This document shows, piece by piece, positions 9,150 to 17,675 of a DNA stretch of 64,000 nucleotides. Where the stretch lies: the NCBI GenBank assembly GCA_963766735.1, contig CAVYBU010000008.1, positions 1 through 64,000 on the forward strand, written 5' to 3'. Source of the DNA: an uncultured Chloroflexia bacterium. GTDB taxonomy: Bacteria; Chloroflexota; Limnocylindria; Limnocylindrales; CSP1-4. A program made the translations under genes and the position numbers. The notes beneath the pieces were generated by a model. That model saw only the letters and a list, made by a program, of their open reading frames with translations, had not been told where the DNA came from and searched no databases. How positions within the stretch are numbered: the first letter of the stretch is position 1; every line of letters starts with the position of its first letter.

Positions 9150-9298
9150 CAATCGGTCGACGCGCCCTTCGTCGAGTTGCACGACCGACAGAGCACCGCG
9201 GTGCAGGCGATGTCGAACGGCGCGCCGCCAGCGGCGAGCGGGGTGACGTGATCAACGGTCAGGTCGGCGGCCGGGTGAGCAGAGCGTTGGTAGCCCGG
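9150..9298 (-). pseudogene. Phage-type HNH endonuclease C-terminal fragment
   Basis: Manual translation: PGYQRSAHPAADLTVDHVTPLAAGGAPFDIACTAVLCRSCNSTKG. Confidence 0.7.
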
Positions 9299-9322
9299 AT
9301 CCGTGCGCGTCTTCCGCAGCGC

Positions 9323-9778
9323 TCAGCGTCCCGTCGGCTCGATCCGGAAGACCGGGTGGTCGGCCGGGTCGGGCAGCAGCTCCATGGAGCGCCGGCAGTT
9401 GCAGGTGATCGTGCTCGCGTAGGTCTTCACGACCGCATCGCGCTCCGCGTCTTGGAGTTCGACCACGCGGACGTGCTCGAGGACACGGCGCGAGCGCAGG
9501 TCCGCCTCACCGGCCGCGCGCAGGTTCCGCGCCCAGTGCGTCTCGCCGCGGGGCGAGACGAGGTAGCGGGTCCCGTTCCACTCGAAGGGCGGATCCATCG
9601 GCACCTTGAGGCGCTTCCCGCTGTTCCGCCCCCGCACGATGAGGACGGTCTTCCGGCCGAGGGCGACCGTGATCGGGTTCAAGATCTTGTTCAGGAATGC
9701 GCTGGGACGGACGTACGCCCTCGGACGGCTCTCGGCCGCGCCGCGGGGGTTGGTCTCCAAGTGCCCGTCGATGGCCAT
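9323..9778 (-). CDS. Deazaflavin(F420)-dependent nitroreductase-family oxidoreductase
   Basis: LIVRGRNSGK..YLVSPRGETHWARNLRAAG..DHPVFRI; RBS GGAGG. Confidence 0.8.
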   Translation of the reverse strand: MAIDGHLETNPRGAAESRPRAYVRPSAFLNKILNPITVALGRKTVLIVRGRNSGKRLKVPMDPPFEWNGTRYLVSPRGETHWARNLRAAGEADLRSRRVLEHVRVVELQDAERDAVVKTYASTITCNCRRSMELLPDPADHPVFRIEPTGR

Positions 9779-9993
9779 CGCCGGCCTCCTTCCCCTCGTC
9801 CGGGAGAGGCACCTGGGGACGCGCGGGCGCCCGGTTCGAGCCGACAGTACGCCGGCGCCCCGCGCTGGTCGAGGGCCATCCTTCCCCGTCTGCTCGGCCC
9901 GCTTGAACGGGCGCGCGGGGCGTCCGTGGCCGTTCAGTTCCAAAGCCTCTTGGCAGCGACCTCGCGCCCCTGCGACGGTCTTTGGCGTGCACG

Positions 9994-10066
9994 CGAGAGG
10001 CTCTGACGCGCGGCCCACGCCACGGCCGGCGGGACCGCGCCGAGCCACTGGCGAGACCGACCCACT
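9994..10066 (+). promoter_or_regulatory. c-di-GMP-II-like riboswitch, degenerate copy
   Basis: GAGGCTCTGACGCGCGG..GGGACCGCGCCGAGCCACTGGCGAGACCGACCC; 30 bp identical to the copy at 11150; closing stem eroded. Confidence 0.5.
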
Positions 10067-10092
10067 GTGAGCGTCCCCGGGAGGCAGACGCG

Positions 10093-11088
10093 ATGCGTCA
10101 TCGAACCACGCTTGCTCTCATCGCCGGCGGGACGCTGGCCGCCGTCGCGGCTGGCGCGGTGGCGCGGTCCAGGCTGCGGGCGCGCCAGCTCGCGATCCCG
10201 GAACCCGTGACCGGCATCTTTCCGAACGGGATGGCGTACTTCCGGTGGGGCACCGGTCCGAAGACCCTGCTGCAGATCCCGGGAGGCCCCGGCAACACCG
10301 TCCCGTCCGGAGGGATGGCGCTGAGGATGGCCCGGTCCCAGTTCCGCGCGTTCGTCGAGGACGGGTACACGGTCTTCGGTGTCGCAAGGAAGCAGAACAT
10401 GCCGGTGGGCCACACGATGGCCGACATCGCCGACGACTACGCGGGGCTGATCGACGATCAGTTTGCTGGCAAGGTCGACCTGGTCGTCGGCGTCTCCTAC
10501 GGCGGGATGGTCGGGTTCTATCTCGGCGCCCGTCACCCCGATCGATTCGGGCATCTCGCCATCTGCGTCGCCGGCTACGAGGTGAGCGAGCGCGGCAAGG
10601 CCCTCGACTACGAGTTCGCCCGGCTGCAGAGCGAGGGCAGGAACGCCGACGCTGCTGCCCTGATGCTCCAAGATCTCGGCCCAGCTATCGGCGTGCCAGG
10701 CGTTACCCGGGTTCTCGGCGCGCTGATGGGCCGGTTCATGTTCGGCGCCACGCACCCGTACTTCGCGAGCGACGTCATGGTCGAGGCAGACGCTGAGGTG
10801 GCCTGTGATGCCCGGGACGTCCTGCCCGACATCTCCGTCCCCGTGCTGCTCGCGTGCGGCGACGAGGACATCTACTTCCCGAAGGACGTCTACGAGGAGA
10901 CCGCGCGGCTCATCCCCGACTGCACCCTCCGGATGTACGAGGGGGTCGGGCATGTGGGGACGGTCATGGACAAGCGGTTCCCGACGGACGTCCTCGACTT
11001 CGTCCGGCAGCGGCCCGCGACGCCGCGGGAGCGCGGCGAGGAGCAGCAGCCCATCCTCGGCGAGCTTGTCGGCACCGCCGCGGACTGA
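10093..11088 (+). CDS. Alpha/beta hydrolase with MRxRTTLAL leader
   Basis: GVSYGG nucleophile elbow; GDEDIYF; GVGH. Confidence 0.85.
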   Translation: MRHRTTLALIAGGTLAAVAAGAVARSRLRARQLAIPEPVTGIFPNGMAYFRWGTGPKTLLQIPGGPGNTVPSGGMALRMARSQFRAFVEDGYTVFGVARKQNMPVGHTMADIADDYAGLIDDQFAGKVDLVVGVSYGGMVGFYLGARHPDRFGHLAICVAGYEVSERGKALDYEFARLQSEGRNADAAALMLQDLGPAIGVPGVTRVLGALMGRFMFGATHPYFASDVMVEADAEVACDARDVLPDISVPVLLACGDEDIYFPKDVYEETARLIPDCTLRMYEGVGHVGTVMDKRFPTDVLDFVRQRPATPRERGEEQQPILGELVGTAAD

Positions 11089-11149
11089 CGGTCGAATGGG
11101 CTGTTGGCCTCTGGTCCGGAGTTTGTCCGGCGCCTAGGCTGTGCAGTTG

Positions 11150-11222
11150 GCGGGAGGCTCTGACGCGCGGTCCGAACACTGGCCGCCGGGACCGCGCCGA
11201 GCCACTGGCGAGACCGGCCCGC
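11150..11222 (+). promoter_or_regulatory. c-di-GMP-II-like riboswitch
   Basis: GCGGG/CCCGC closing stem, TGA..GAG kink-turn-like loop, GCGCGGTCC/GGACCGCGC stem, loop CGCC able to pseudoknot with GGCG in TGGCGAGACCG. Compared by eye with the class II consensus. Confidence 0.65.
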
Positions 11223-11249
11223 GCTGGGCGTCCTCGGGAGGTTCTCGCC

Positions 11250-12080
11250 ATGCGCCGCCGCACCACGCTCGCCCTCGTCGCCGGCGGCGCCGCGGCCGCC
11301 GCGGCAGGTGGCGCCATCGTCGGCGGCCGCCTCCGCAACTACCGACCGGAGCACGATGCGTCGAACCCGGAGGGTCGGACCATGGAAGCCGAGAGCTGGT
11401 ATCTCCAGAACAAGCCCAAGATCATGCGACAGGTGAGGTTCGCCCTCCCGCACTACAGACGGCACTTCGCCGAGGCCTACGGCAAGGAGGAAGGGGAGGC
11501 CATCGCCAGCGAGACGATGCAGCGCTTCGAGGTCCTGCTGCCCGACCTCCCATACATCGGTGGTGCTGAGAACCCCAACACGAGGTCGCTCTACTGGACG
11601 GGTGCCTGGCTGGCGATGTACCGCTCGCTCCAGGCGCGAGGGGCATCGGCCGAGGAGGCCGCCCGCCTCATCTACCTGGGGACAGCCGACTTCTACAACA
11701 GCTTCCCGATGCGCTGGCTTATGCGCTGGCAGGGCCGACGCTACCTCAGCCGGAAGCGTATGGATCGAGGGAGGCGTGCTGCCGCGATGAGCCAGCAGCG
11801 CCGCTACCCGGACGACTGGGTGTTCGAGGTCGTCGAGGGCGACGGGCAGGGCTTCGCGTTCGGGGTGGACTACACCGAGTGCGGGGTCGTGAAGTACCTC
11901 GCCCGTGAAGGTGCCCCGGAGCTTGCCCCGTACCTGTGCTGGGTCGACTACCCGCTGACCGCCGCGATGCACGTGAGGCTCGACCGAACCGAGACCCTCG
12001 CCCAGGGCGGTCAGCGGTGCGACTTCCGGATGAGCCGTGCAAAGCCCGTGCAGGTCGAGCCAGAGTTCCTGCACGCCTGA
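11250..12080 (+). CDS. L-2-amino-thiazoline-4-carboxylate hydrolase-like protein with MRRRTTLAL leader
   Basis: LPDLPYIGG..N; DYTECGVVKY..LCWVD..RTETLAQGGQRCDF. Confidence 0.75.
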   Translation: MRRRTTLALVAGGAAAAAAGGAIVGGRLRNYRPEHDASNPEGRTMEAESWYLQNKPKIMRQVRFALPHYRRHFAEAYGKEEGEAIASETMQRFEVLLPDLPYIGGAENPNTRSLYWTGAWLAMYRSLQARGASAEEAARLIYLGTADFYNSFPMRWLMRWQGRRYLSRKRMDRGRRAAAMSQQRRYPDDWVFEVVEGDGQGFAFGVDYTECGVVKYLAREGAPELAPYLCWVDYPLTAAMHVRLDRTETLAQGGQRCDFRMSRAKPVQVEPEFLHA

Positions 12081-12146
12081 GCGGATCACCGCCGCCTGAA
12101 GTCGACTTTCGGCGCGACCCGAAGCTGCAACGAGGAGGTACCCACC

Positions 12147-13157
12147 ATGCGCCGCCGCACCACGCTCACCCTCGTCGCCGGAGGGGCGCTTGCCGTCGCC
12201 GCGGTCGCGGCGTTCGCCTCCGGGGTCCTGATCATCCCCCTCGAGAAGCTCTCCAGCCGGCTGCGCGGGAGAGCACCCGAGGAATCCGCGCCGTCGGGCG
12301 CGGACTCGCAGTTCACCCTGTATGCGCCGGGTGGGCGCTGGGGCTTCATGTTCAACGGGCCGATCGGCCGGGCGTCCACGAGGTACATGCCGGTCATGCA
12401 GGCCGGGATGTACCAGCTCGTCGCCGACATCCTGGACCTGCAGCCGGAGGACGAGCTGCTCGACATCGGCTGCGGGCCCGGGGCGTTCCTCGCCAGCAAG
12501 GGGCGGCACGTTCGCCGGGTCGCCGGCATCGACGCCTCAGCGGTGATGATCCACGACGCGGAGCGGCGGCTGGCGGACCGGCTCGCCGCGGGCACCGCTC
12601 GGCTGGTGCTCGGCAGCGCCGACACGCTTCCCTTCGCGGACGGCGAGTTCTCGGCGGTCAGCATCATCTCTGCGCCGGCGGACCCGGCCGAGGTGTTCCG
12701 GGTCCTGCGCCCGGGCGGACGGGTCGTGGGCGTCTTCGAGATCGTCCCCGACCCGAGGACGCCCGATCCCGCCCGGACGACCGTCGGGCCGGGCTGGGAC
12801 GAGGAGGACACGCGACGGGTCCTCGAGGAGGCCGGGTTCGTCGTGGAGGCCGTCCGCTACAAGAGCTACTCGTTCCTCGGTGCGGAGCGGATCGTGAGCG
12901 CCCGCAAGCCGGCCCTGGTGCCGTCGAGCGCAGCCGCCGAGGGAGGGAGGCCGTTGCCGTCGGCTGACAGCGGAGGCCGAGCGGCGACCACGTGCGCGCG
13001 AATGACCAACCGCGCGCATGAGTCGAAAGGACGCGCAGGGTGGACAAGAGGATCCTCGTGGTCCATGCCGGACGGTATGGATCAACCGCAGAGGTTGCGG
13101 AGGTCGTGGCGGAGGAACTGCGCCGGTGTGGCGCGACGGTGGACACAACGCCCGTGA
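12147..13157 (+). CDS. Class I SAM-dependent methyltransferase with MRRRTTLTL leader (true end probably ~12967 after an indel)
   Basis: LLDIGCGPG, LPFADGEF, RVLRPGG; tail overlaps the next gene by >100 nt. Confidence 0.8.
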   Translation: MRRRTTLTLVAGGALAVAAVAAFASGVLIIPLEKLSSRLRGRAPEESAPSGADSQFTLYAPGGRWGFMFNGPIGRASTRYMPVMQAGMYQLVADILDLQPEDELLDIGCGPGAFLASKGRHVRRVAGIDASAVMIHDAERRLADRLAAGTARLVLGSADTLPFADGEFSAVSIISAPADPAEVFRVLRPGGRVVGVFEIVPDPRTPDPARTTVGPGWDEEDTRRVLEEAGFVVEAVRYKSYSFLGAERIVSARKPALVPSSAAAEGGRPLPSADSGGRAATTCARMTNRAHESKGRAGWTRGSSWSMPDGMDQPQRLRRSWRRNCAGVARRWTQRP

Positions 13158-13660
13158 CCGAAGGCATCGGGCTCGATGCCTACGATGCGATCGTCGTTGG
13201 GAGCGCCATCTACTGGGAGCACGTGCTGCCGGAGGTGGCAAGGTTCATCGAGCAGAACCATGAGGTCCTCGGACGCAAGCGCGTGGCCTGCTTCCTGCTC
13301 TGCATGGAGCTGACACGGGTCACCGACGGTCCTGGCCTAGGGGTCCCCGTCACCATCGACCCCCGCCTGGGGGCACCACCCCGCGTCCAGGGGAAGCTTG
13401 GCTACTGGGAGCGGACGCACCTCCTGTCGGCCATCCTCGGTCCGGTGCTGGACGCCGCGCCAGAGGTCCACCCGGTCAGCGTGGGTGTCTTCCGCGGCCG
13501 GGTCGACTACCGCAGGCTGCGCTTCGTGCACTTCGTGCTCCTGAAGTCGACCTGGCTGCTCTTCAGGAGAGCGCCCGAGGGGGACTTCCGGAACTGGGAG
13601 GCCATCCGCTCGTGGGCCTGGAGCCTGTGCCCGATGCTGCTTCCTGAGGAGTCCGCCTAG
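13040..13660 (+). CDS. Flavodoxin-domain protein (HemG-like)
   Basis: RYGSTAEVAE..YDAIVVGSAIY..GDFRNWEAIRSWA. Confidence 0.85.
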   Translation: MDKRILVVHAGRYGSTAEVAEVVAEELRRCGATVDTTPVTEGIGLDAYDAIVVGSAIYWEHVLPEVARFIEQNHEVLGRKRVACFLLCMELTRVTDGPGLGVPVTIDPRLGAPPRVQGKLGYWERTHLLSAILGPVLDAAPEVHPVSVGVFRGRVDYRRLRFVHFVLLKSTWLLFRRAPEGDFRNWEAIRSWAWSLCPMLLPEESA

Positions 13661-13779
13661 CGGGGCTCCAGACTCGGCACCTCGAGCCAGCCCTCAGCTC
13701 GTCGTGCAGCAGGTCGCACTAGACTCCGGACATCGTGGTCGGCCGTGCTGGGGCCGGCGCTTCAACTGGAGGCTGGGAC

Positions 13780-14170
13780 GTGGATCGACCGAAGGTGGTC
13801 AGGAAGGGCGAACTCCGCGGGGAGCCGACGCCGAACACCTGGCGTCACGCGCTTCGAGGCGTTCGCGGGCGAGCGCGTCTGGGTAGGGCGCATCGAGAAT
13901 GCCCCGCACCAGGAGTCGGACTGGCACGCCCATCCCGGTCACGACACGTATGGGCACGTCACCCGGGGCCGGTTCTTCGTGGACTTCGGCCCCGGCGGGT
14001 CCGAGCGGGTTGAGATCGAGCCAGGGGATTTCGTGTTGATCCCGAAGGGCGTCGTCCACCGCGAGGGCAACGCCGGCGCCGAGCCCAACGATGGTGTCAT
14101 CGTCCGCATCGGAGAGGGGCCGGTGACCGTCAATCTCGACGGCCCGGAGGCCCAGCTACGACACAAATCT
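13780..14170 (+). pseudogene. Cupin-domain protein, frameshifted near 13835, stop lost
   Basis: MDRPKVVRKGEL../PGVTRFEAF..SDWHAHPGHDTYGHV..PGDFVLIPKGVVHREGN. Confidence 0.65.
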
Positions 14171-14529
14171 GCGGTCAACCGGGGCCGGTTCGGCGTCACT
14201 CAGCCCGGCGCGTCCGAGCGGGTTGGATCGAGCAGGGGATGTCGTGTTCATCCGGGAGGGCCCGTGCCTACGCGAGGGTATCGGGCCGGCGACGGCTCCA
14301 GGATGGTCCATTCCCCGTTAACCAGCAGGGTCGGCGAGGGCGCCCGTTCGGCGACGGCGACGAGTTCTCCCAGGATCGCCTCAAGTTCCGCGAGGCGATC
14401 CGCGCGGGCGGGGTCTTCGTGCACCATTCCAGTGTGTCGCTTTCGATCGCGCCACGCCTGCGGTCGGGCCCGGGCCACGCGAACACGGGGTCGAGCTTCG
14501 GCCGATCCATCCGTCTCGGCCGCGCCCGC

Positions 14530-14637
14530 CGGCCCGGGCAGCCGAGGGCCGAGGATCCACGAGTTGCGCGGTCGTCCCTGAGCCCACCTTCGACCGCGCG
14601 TTCGCCAGATGGTGCTTCACCGTCGAGTGCGACGGCA
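14530..14637 (-). pseudogene. LuxR/GerE-type HTH, copy D (truncated, 2-bp deletion)
   Basis: SHSTVKHHLANARSKVGSGTTAQLV, then a shifted ILGPRLPGP. Confidence 0.75.
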
Positions 14638-14674
14638 GCGAGGGATGCTCATCCGAGGCGTTGCTTCGGTCGGT

Positions 14675-15313
14675 ATGCTCGATGCCGTGCGCAAGGCGAC
14701 GGCGGCGCTGTGGGTGGAACAGGACCGACATCCTGGCGATCGACACCGGTTGTTCCGGACGGTGGCCGATGCGGTCGATTGCGACACGGCCCTGGACCCG
14801 AGGCCATGGTGCGATGTCGCAGGGTCGTCCGAGTGGCCCTCGGTAACGTACGTCGACGCTGATCGGCGAGCGGCTCGGTTCTTCGACGACACCGATGGGG
14901 TGCGGGAGATCGTCGCCGCGCAATGCGCTTCGGCGATTGATCCCGAACTCCGATTCCTTCACGCCGACTACACCGACCCCCTGCCGCTCGAAGCCGAGAG
15001 CTTCGACGTGCTCGTGTCGCTCTTTGCCGGCCCGGTGTCGCGCCACTGCACGGGGTACCTGCGCGTCGGCGGGGTGCTACTGGCGAACCCGAGCCATGGT
15101 GATGTGGCCCTGGCGTCGATCGATCCTCGCTACGAGCTCGCTGGCATCATCCGCTCCCGAGACGGTGGATACCGCTACGCGAGCGGCGAGCTCGAGTCCT
15201 ACCTGGTCCCGAAGACGCCGGTCGAGGACATCGCCGAGCTGGTCGAACGCACGGGGCGTGGCATCGCATACACGAGGTCCGCGTACGCCTACCTCTTCCG
15301 CCGCGTGCGTTGA
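14675..15313 (+). CDS. Methyltransferase-like conserved hypothetical protein
   Basis: VTYVDADRRAARFF..ADYTDPL..FDVLVSLFAG..LRVGGVLLANPSHGD. Confidence 0.65.
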   Translation: MLDAVRKATAALWVEQDRHPGDRHRLFRTVADAVDCDTALDPRPWCDVAGSSEWPSVTYVDADRRAARFFDDTDGVREIVAAQCASAIDPELRFLHADYTDPLPLEAESFDVLVSLFAGPVSRHCTGYLRVGGVLLANPSHGDVALASIDPRYELAGIIRSRDGGYRYASGELESYLVPKTPVEDIAELVERTGRGIAYTRSAYAYLFRRVR

Positions 15314-15491
15314 CCGAGCCACCCCGATGGTCATCGCGGCACGCGGGCGCCCTGTCGCGCCGGTGTGAGCGCCCACGGACTGGGTGCCGCCCTCGCTGGC
15401 GTGGGCGGCGCGACAGGAGACGACGGTCCCCGCCGTGCGATCCCTCGCAGTCATCATCGGCGTGTCGCTGGGCGTACTGCCGTCGCTCGGG

Positions 15492-15755
15492 CTAGCGTCC
15501 GGCCGGGTCGTACTCGGTCACGAGGAATGCCGCAGTGCCCGCGGGCTCAGGCAGCCTCGGTGCCAGGATCCACACCAGCTGCGCGGTTGTGGTCGCGCCT
15601 ACCTTCGACCGCGCATTCGCCAGGTGGTGCTTGACGGTCGAGTGCGACAGCCCGAGCCAGTGTGCGGCCGCTTTCTCCGACCCGGCGACGAGGACCGCGG
15701 CCACGACGACCACCTCGCGGTCGGTGGCGCGTCCGGCGGGGCGGTGAGACGACCG
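15492..15755 (-). pseudogene. LuxR/GerE-type HTH, copy E (original start lost)
   Basis: RSSHRPAGRATDREVVVVAAVLVAGSEKAAAHWLGLSHSTVKHHLANARSKVG. Confidence 0.75.
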
Positions 15756-15759
15756 TCCC

Positions 15760-16151
15760 CCAATGATTGGCGTGACGCCTGGCGGCGGTTCGTCGCTCTC
15801 TGCGGGTTCGAGGTCACCTACTGCGAATCGATGGCGGATCAGGGCCTGGTCGAACCAATAACCGATACCGACGACTACGGCTGGCGCACGGGACCAGACC
15901 TGATCAGAGCGGCGGTAGAGATCGCCGCCGCCGCAGGCCCTTCAGACGCGATCGTTGTTACCGGTGCCGGTTGCCGCACTTCGCCAATCATCACAGAGGT
16001 CGAGCAGATCGCCGGGCGTCCCGTGATCGGCTCCGACACTGCCCTCTTCTGGTCACTGGCTCGAGCGGCCGGCCTGGGGCTCCGCCCGAACGCCCTGGGT
16101 GCTCTCACCCGCGGCGTGGCGTTGACCATCAGGAAGCTGAGCGATCGCTGA
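15760..16151 (+). pseudogene. Maleate isomerase / Asp-Glu racemase family, C-terminal fragment
   Basis: DAIVVTGAGCRT..IEVEQIAGRPVIGSDTALFW-like region; no N-terminal half. Confidence 0.6.
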
Positions 16152-16168
16152 GTTAGGGAGGGGCTACC

Positions 16169-16184
16169 CCTCTCGCCCCGACCA
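16169..16184 (+). repeat. att core, copy of tRNA-Pro 3' end (junction 3)
   Basis: CCTCTCGCCCCGACCA identical to 5-20; preceded by GGGGCTA as at junctions 1 and 2. Confidence 0.88.
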
Positions 16185-16290
16185 CTCCCACGCACTGCCA
16201 CCTTGAGCTCGCCGGTCATTGCGGCTGTCCAGCCGCGTGCCCAGGCTTCGACGCTCCGGTGGAGCCAGCCCTCGTTCACCGAGTCAGGTT
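16185..16290 (-). pseudogene. LSR C-terminal remnant at junction 3
   Basis: NEGWLHRSVEAWARGWTAAMTGELKVAVRGSGRGER. Confidence 0.7.
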
Positions 16291-16432
16291 GGTCTGTTCC
16301 GTGAACGGCACCACTGGTGGCAGAGCCTCGACACCCGGAATCTGCCGCGAGTCGGCACGCGCCGCATCGGGTCATACCCCCTCGCGCCCCGTCCAGTGAC
16401 CCCGACGAGCGGGCCCGCGATTCGATCTCGCG

Positions 16433-16798
16433 TCAGCCCACGAGGTCCCCGCCGAAGGCCTGGCGGCCGGCGCCAGCTGGCTCATACAGGACATGGACGT
16501 TCTCGTTCGCCCGATCGCATGCGCGTGCGACGGCCGCCGTCAAGGCCCGGGCCTCCTGACGGCGCAGGCCGTCCTCCGGCACGGTGCGACCGAGCAGGCG
16601 CACGAACACCGGCCGCAGCCCGGGTTCCGCGCCGCCGTTCTCCGCGTAGTCTTGTTCCGGCAGCACGCGGAGGCGCACCCACACGGAACCAGGCGGAGCA
16701 TCGAGTACGGCCGCGACCGCGTCGGCCAGTCGCTGCGCGGTCGCTGCTCGGGATTCCCCACTCGGCTCGCCCACCAGCTCGATCTCAAGTATCGGCAT
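16433..16798 (-). CDS. Tautomerase-family protein
   Basis: N-terminal Pro (MPILEIEL); two beta-alpha-beta-like units; ends AFGG. Confidence 0.7.
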   Translation of the reverse strand: MPILEIELVGEPSGESRAATAQRLADAVAAVLDAPPGSVWVRLRVLPEQDYAENGGAEPGLRPVFVRLLGRTVPEDGLRRQEARALTAAVARACDRANENVHVLYEPAGAGRQAFGGDLVG

Positions 16799-17131
16799 TC
16801 GCGTCTCTCCCGAGGTCGGCGTTCACCGCTGGCGCGGTCGTGTCGACCGCCGACCGTCGAAACTCGCGTCCGACGGTCAGGAGCCAGTCATGAGTCTAGG
16901 GCCGCCCATCAAGCCACATGAGCGTTCTGCCGGGCGCCTGATTCCGGTGCGAGCTTGACCACAGCGCCAACGTCAGACATGACGGCGCACACCGTCTCGT
17001 GGTGCCGTCGGTCGGCCCCGCCACGGAGCGCAGTTGACGCCCCGCCGTAGCGTTATCGGGATGCCCAGGCGGACGCCGGGTGCCGGGGGCTGTGATGAGC
17101 TCCACTTCGCCTACACAGGACCGAGGTACTG

Positions 17132-17596
17132 ATGGCACGGCACAGCGTGGAGATCCTCCGGCCCATCGAGGCTGTGTTCACCGTGCTGACCGATGTGACC
17201 CTGACCGGCCGTTGGTACCCGGCCAGGGTCGAGGAGTGGTGGACGACGCCGCCACCGCATGGCGTCGGGTCAATCCGGCGGGCGCGCGTCACAGCGATGG
17301 GACGAGCGACCGAGAACGACGCCGTCGTCACGGAGTACGAGCCGCCGCACCGCGCGGCAATGAAGGGCCTCTCCTCGACGGCTCCGTTCGAGGTCACGCT
17401 CGACTTCCGGTCAATCGCAGGCGGAACGCACGTGGTGGTCGACTCGACCTTCCAGTTCCGCGGCTGGATGCGGTTGGTTGGCCCCGCGTTCGCCGGCAGC
17501 TACGAGCGCGGATGGGATCGCGGCCTCGCGAACCTCAAGCGGATGATGGAGGCAGGCGAGCTCTGGGCGACGCCTGACGCCTCACGCAGACGGTAG
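17132..17596 (+). CDS. SRPBCC (polyketide cyclase-like) protein
   Basis: IxRPIEAVF..GVGS..VTEYEPP..LANLKRMME. Confidence 0.8.
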   Translation: MARHSVEILRPIEAVFTVLTDVTLTGRWYPARVEEWWTTPPPHGVGSIRRARVTAMGRATENDAVVTEYEPPHRAAMKGLSSTAPFEVTLDFRSIAGGTHVVVDSTFQFRGWMRLVGPAFAGSYERGWDRGLANLKRMMEAGELWATPDASRRR

Positions 17597-17675
17597 CGGT
17601 CGTCCGCCCACTCCATCCGGGACTCCGCCGGGCGGCATCAGCGATGTCGCCATGCACGCACGGACACGGCGCGCC

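Larger units (their letters stand above)
1..16290. mobile_element. Tandem array of prophage-derived integrative cassettes at tRNA-Pro (may extend to ~22130)
   Basis: Four copies of the tRNA 3' core, LSR remnants, five HTH copies, lysis and HNH remnants, heterogeneous cargo. Confidence 0.8.

Noticed and set aside
10040-10062. Cobalamin riboswitch (GCCACTG motif)
   Set aside because: Other B12-element features are missing; size and topology fit c-di-GMP-II better.
13941-14260. DGR template/variable repeat pair
   Set aside because: Differences include indels and non-adenine changes; no reverse transcriptase in the window.
14248-14430. Possible small minus-strand protein (MVHEDPARADRLAELEAIL..)
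   Set aside because: No recognisable family, and it lies among decayed fragments.
1-16290. Classical integron
   Set aside because: No tyrosine recombinase IntI and no recognisable attC sites; the repeats are tRNA-derived and linked to LSR remnants.
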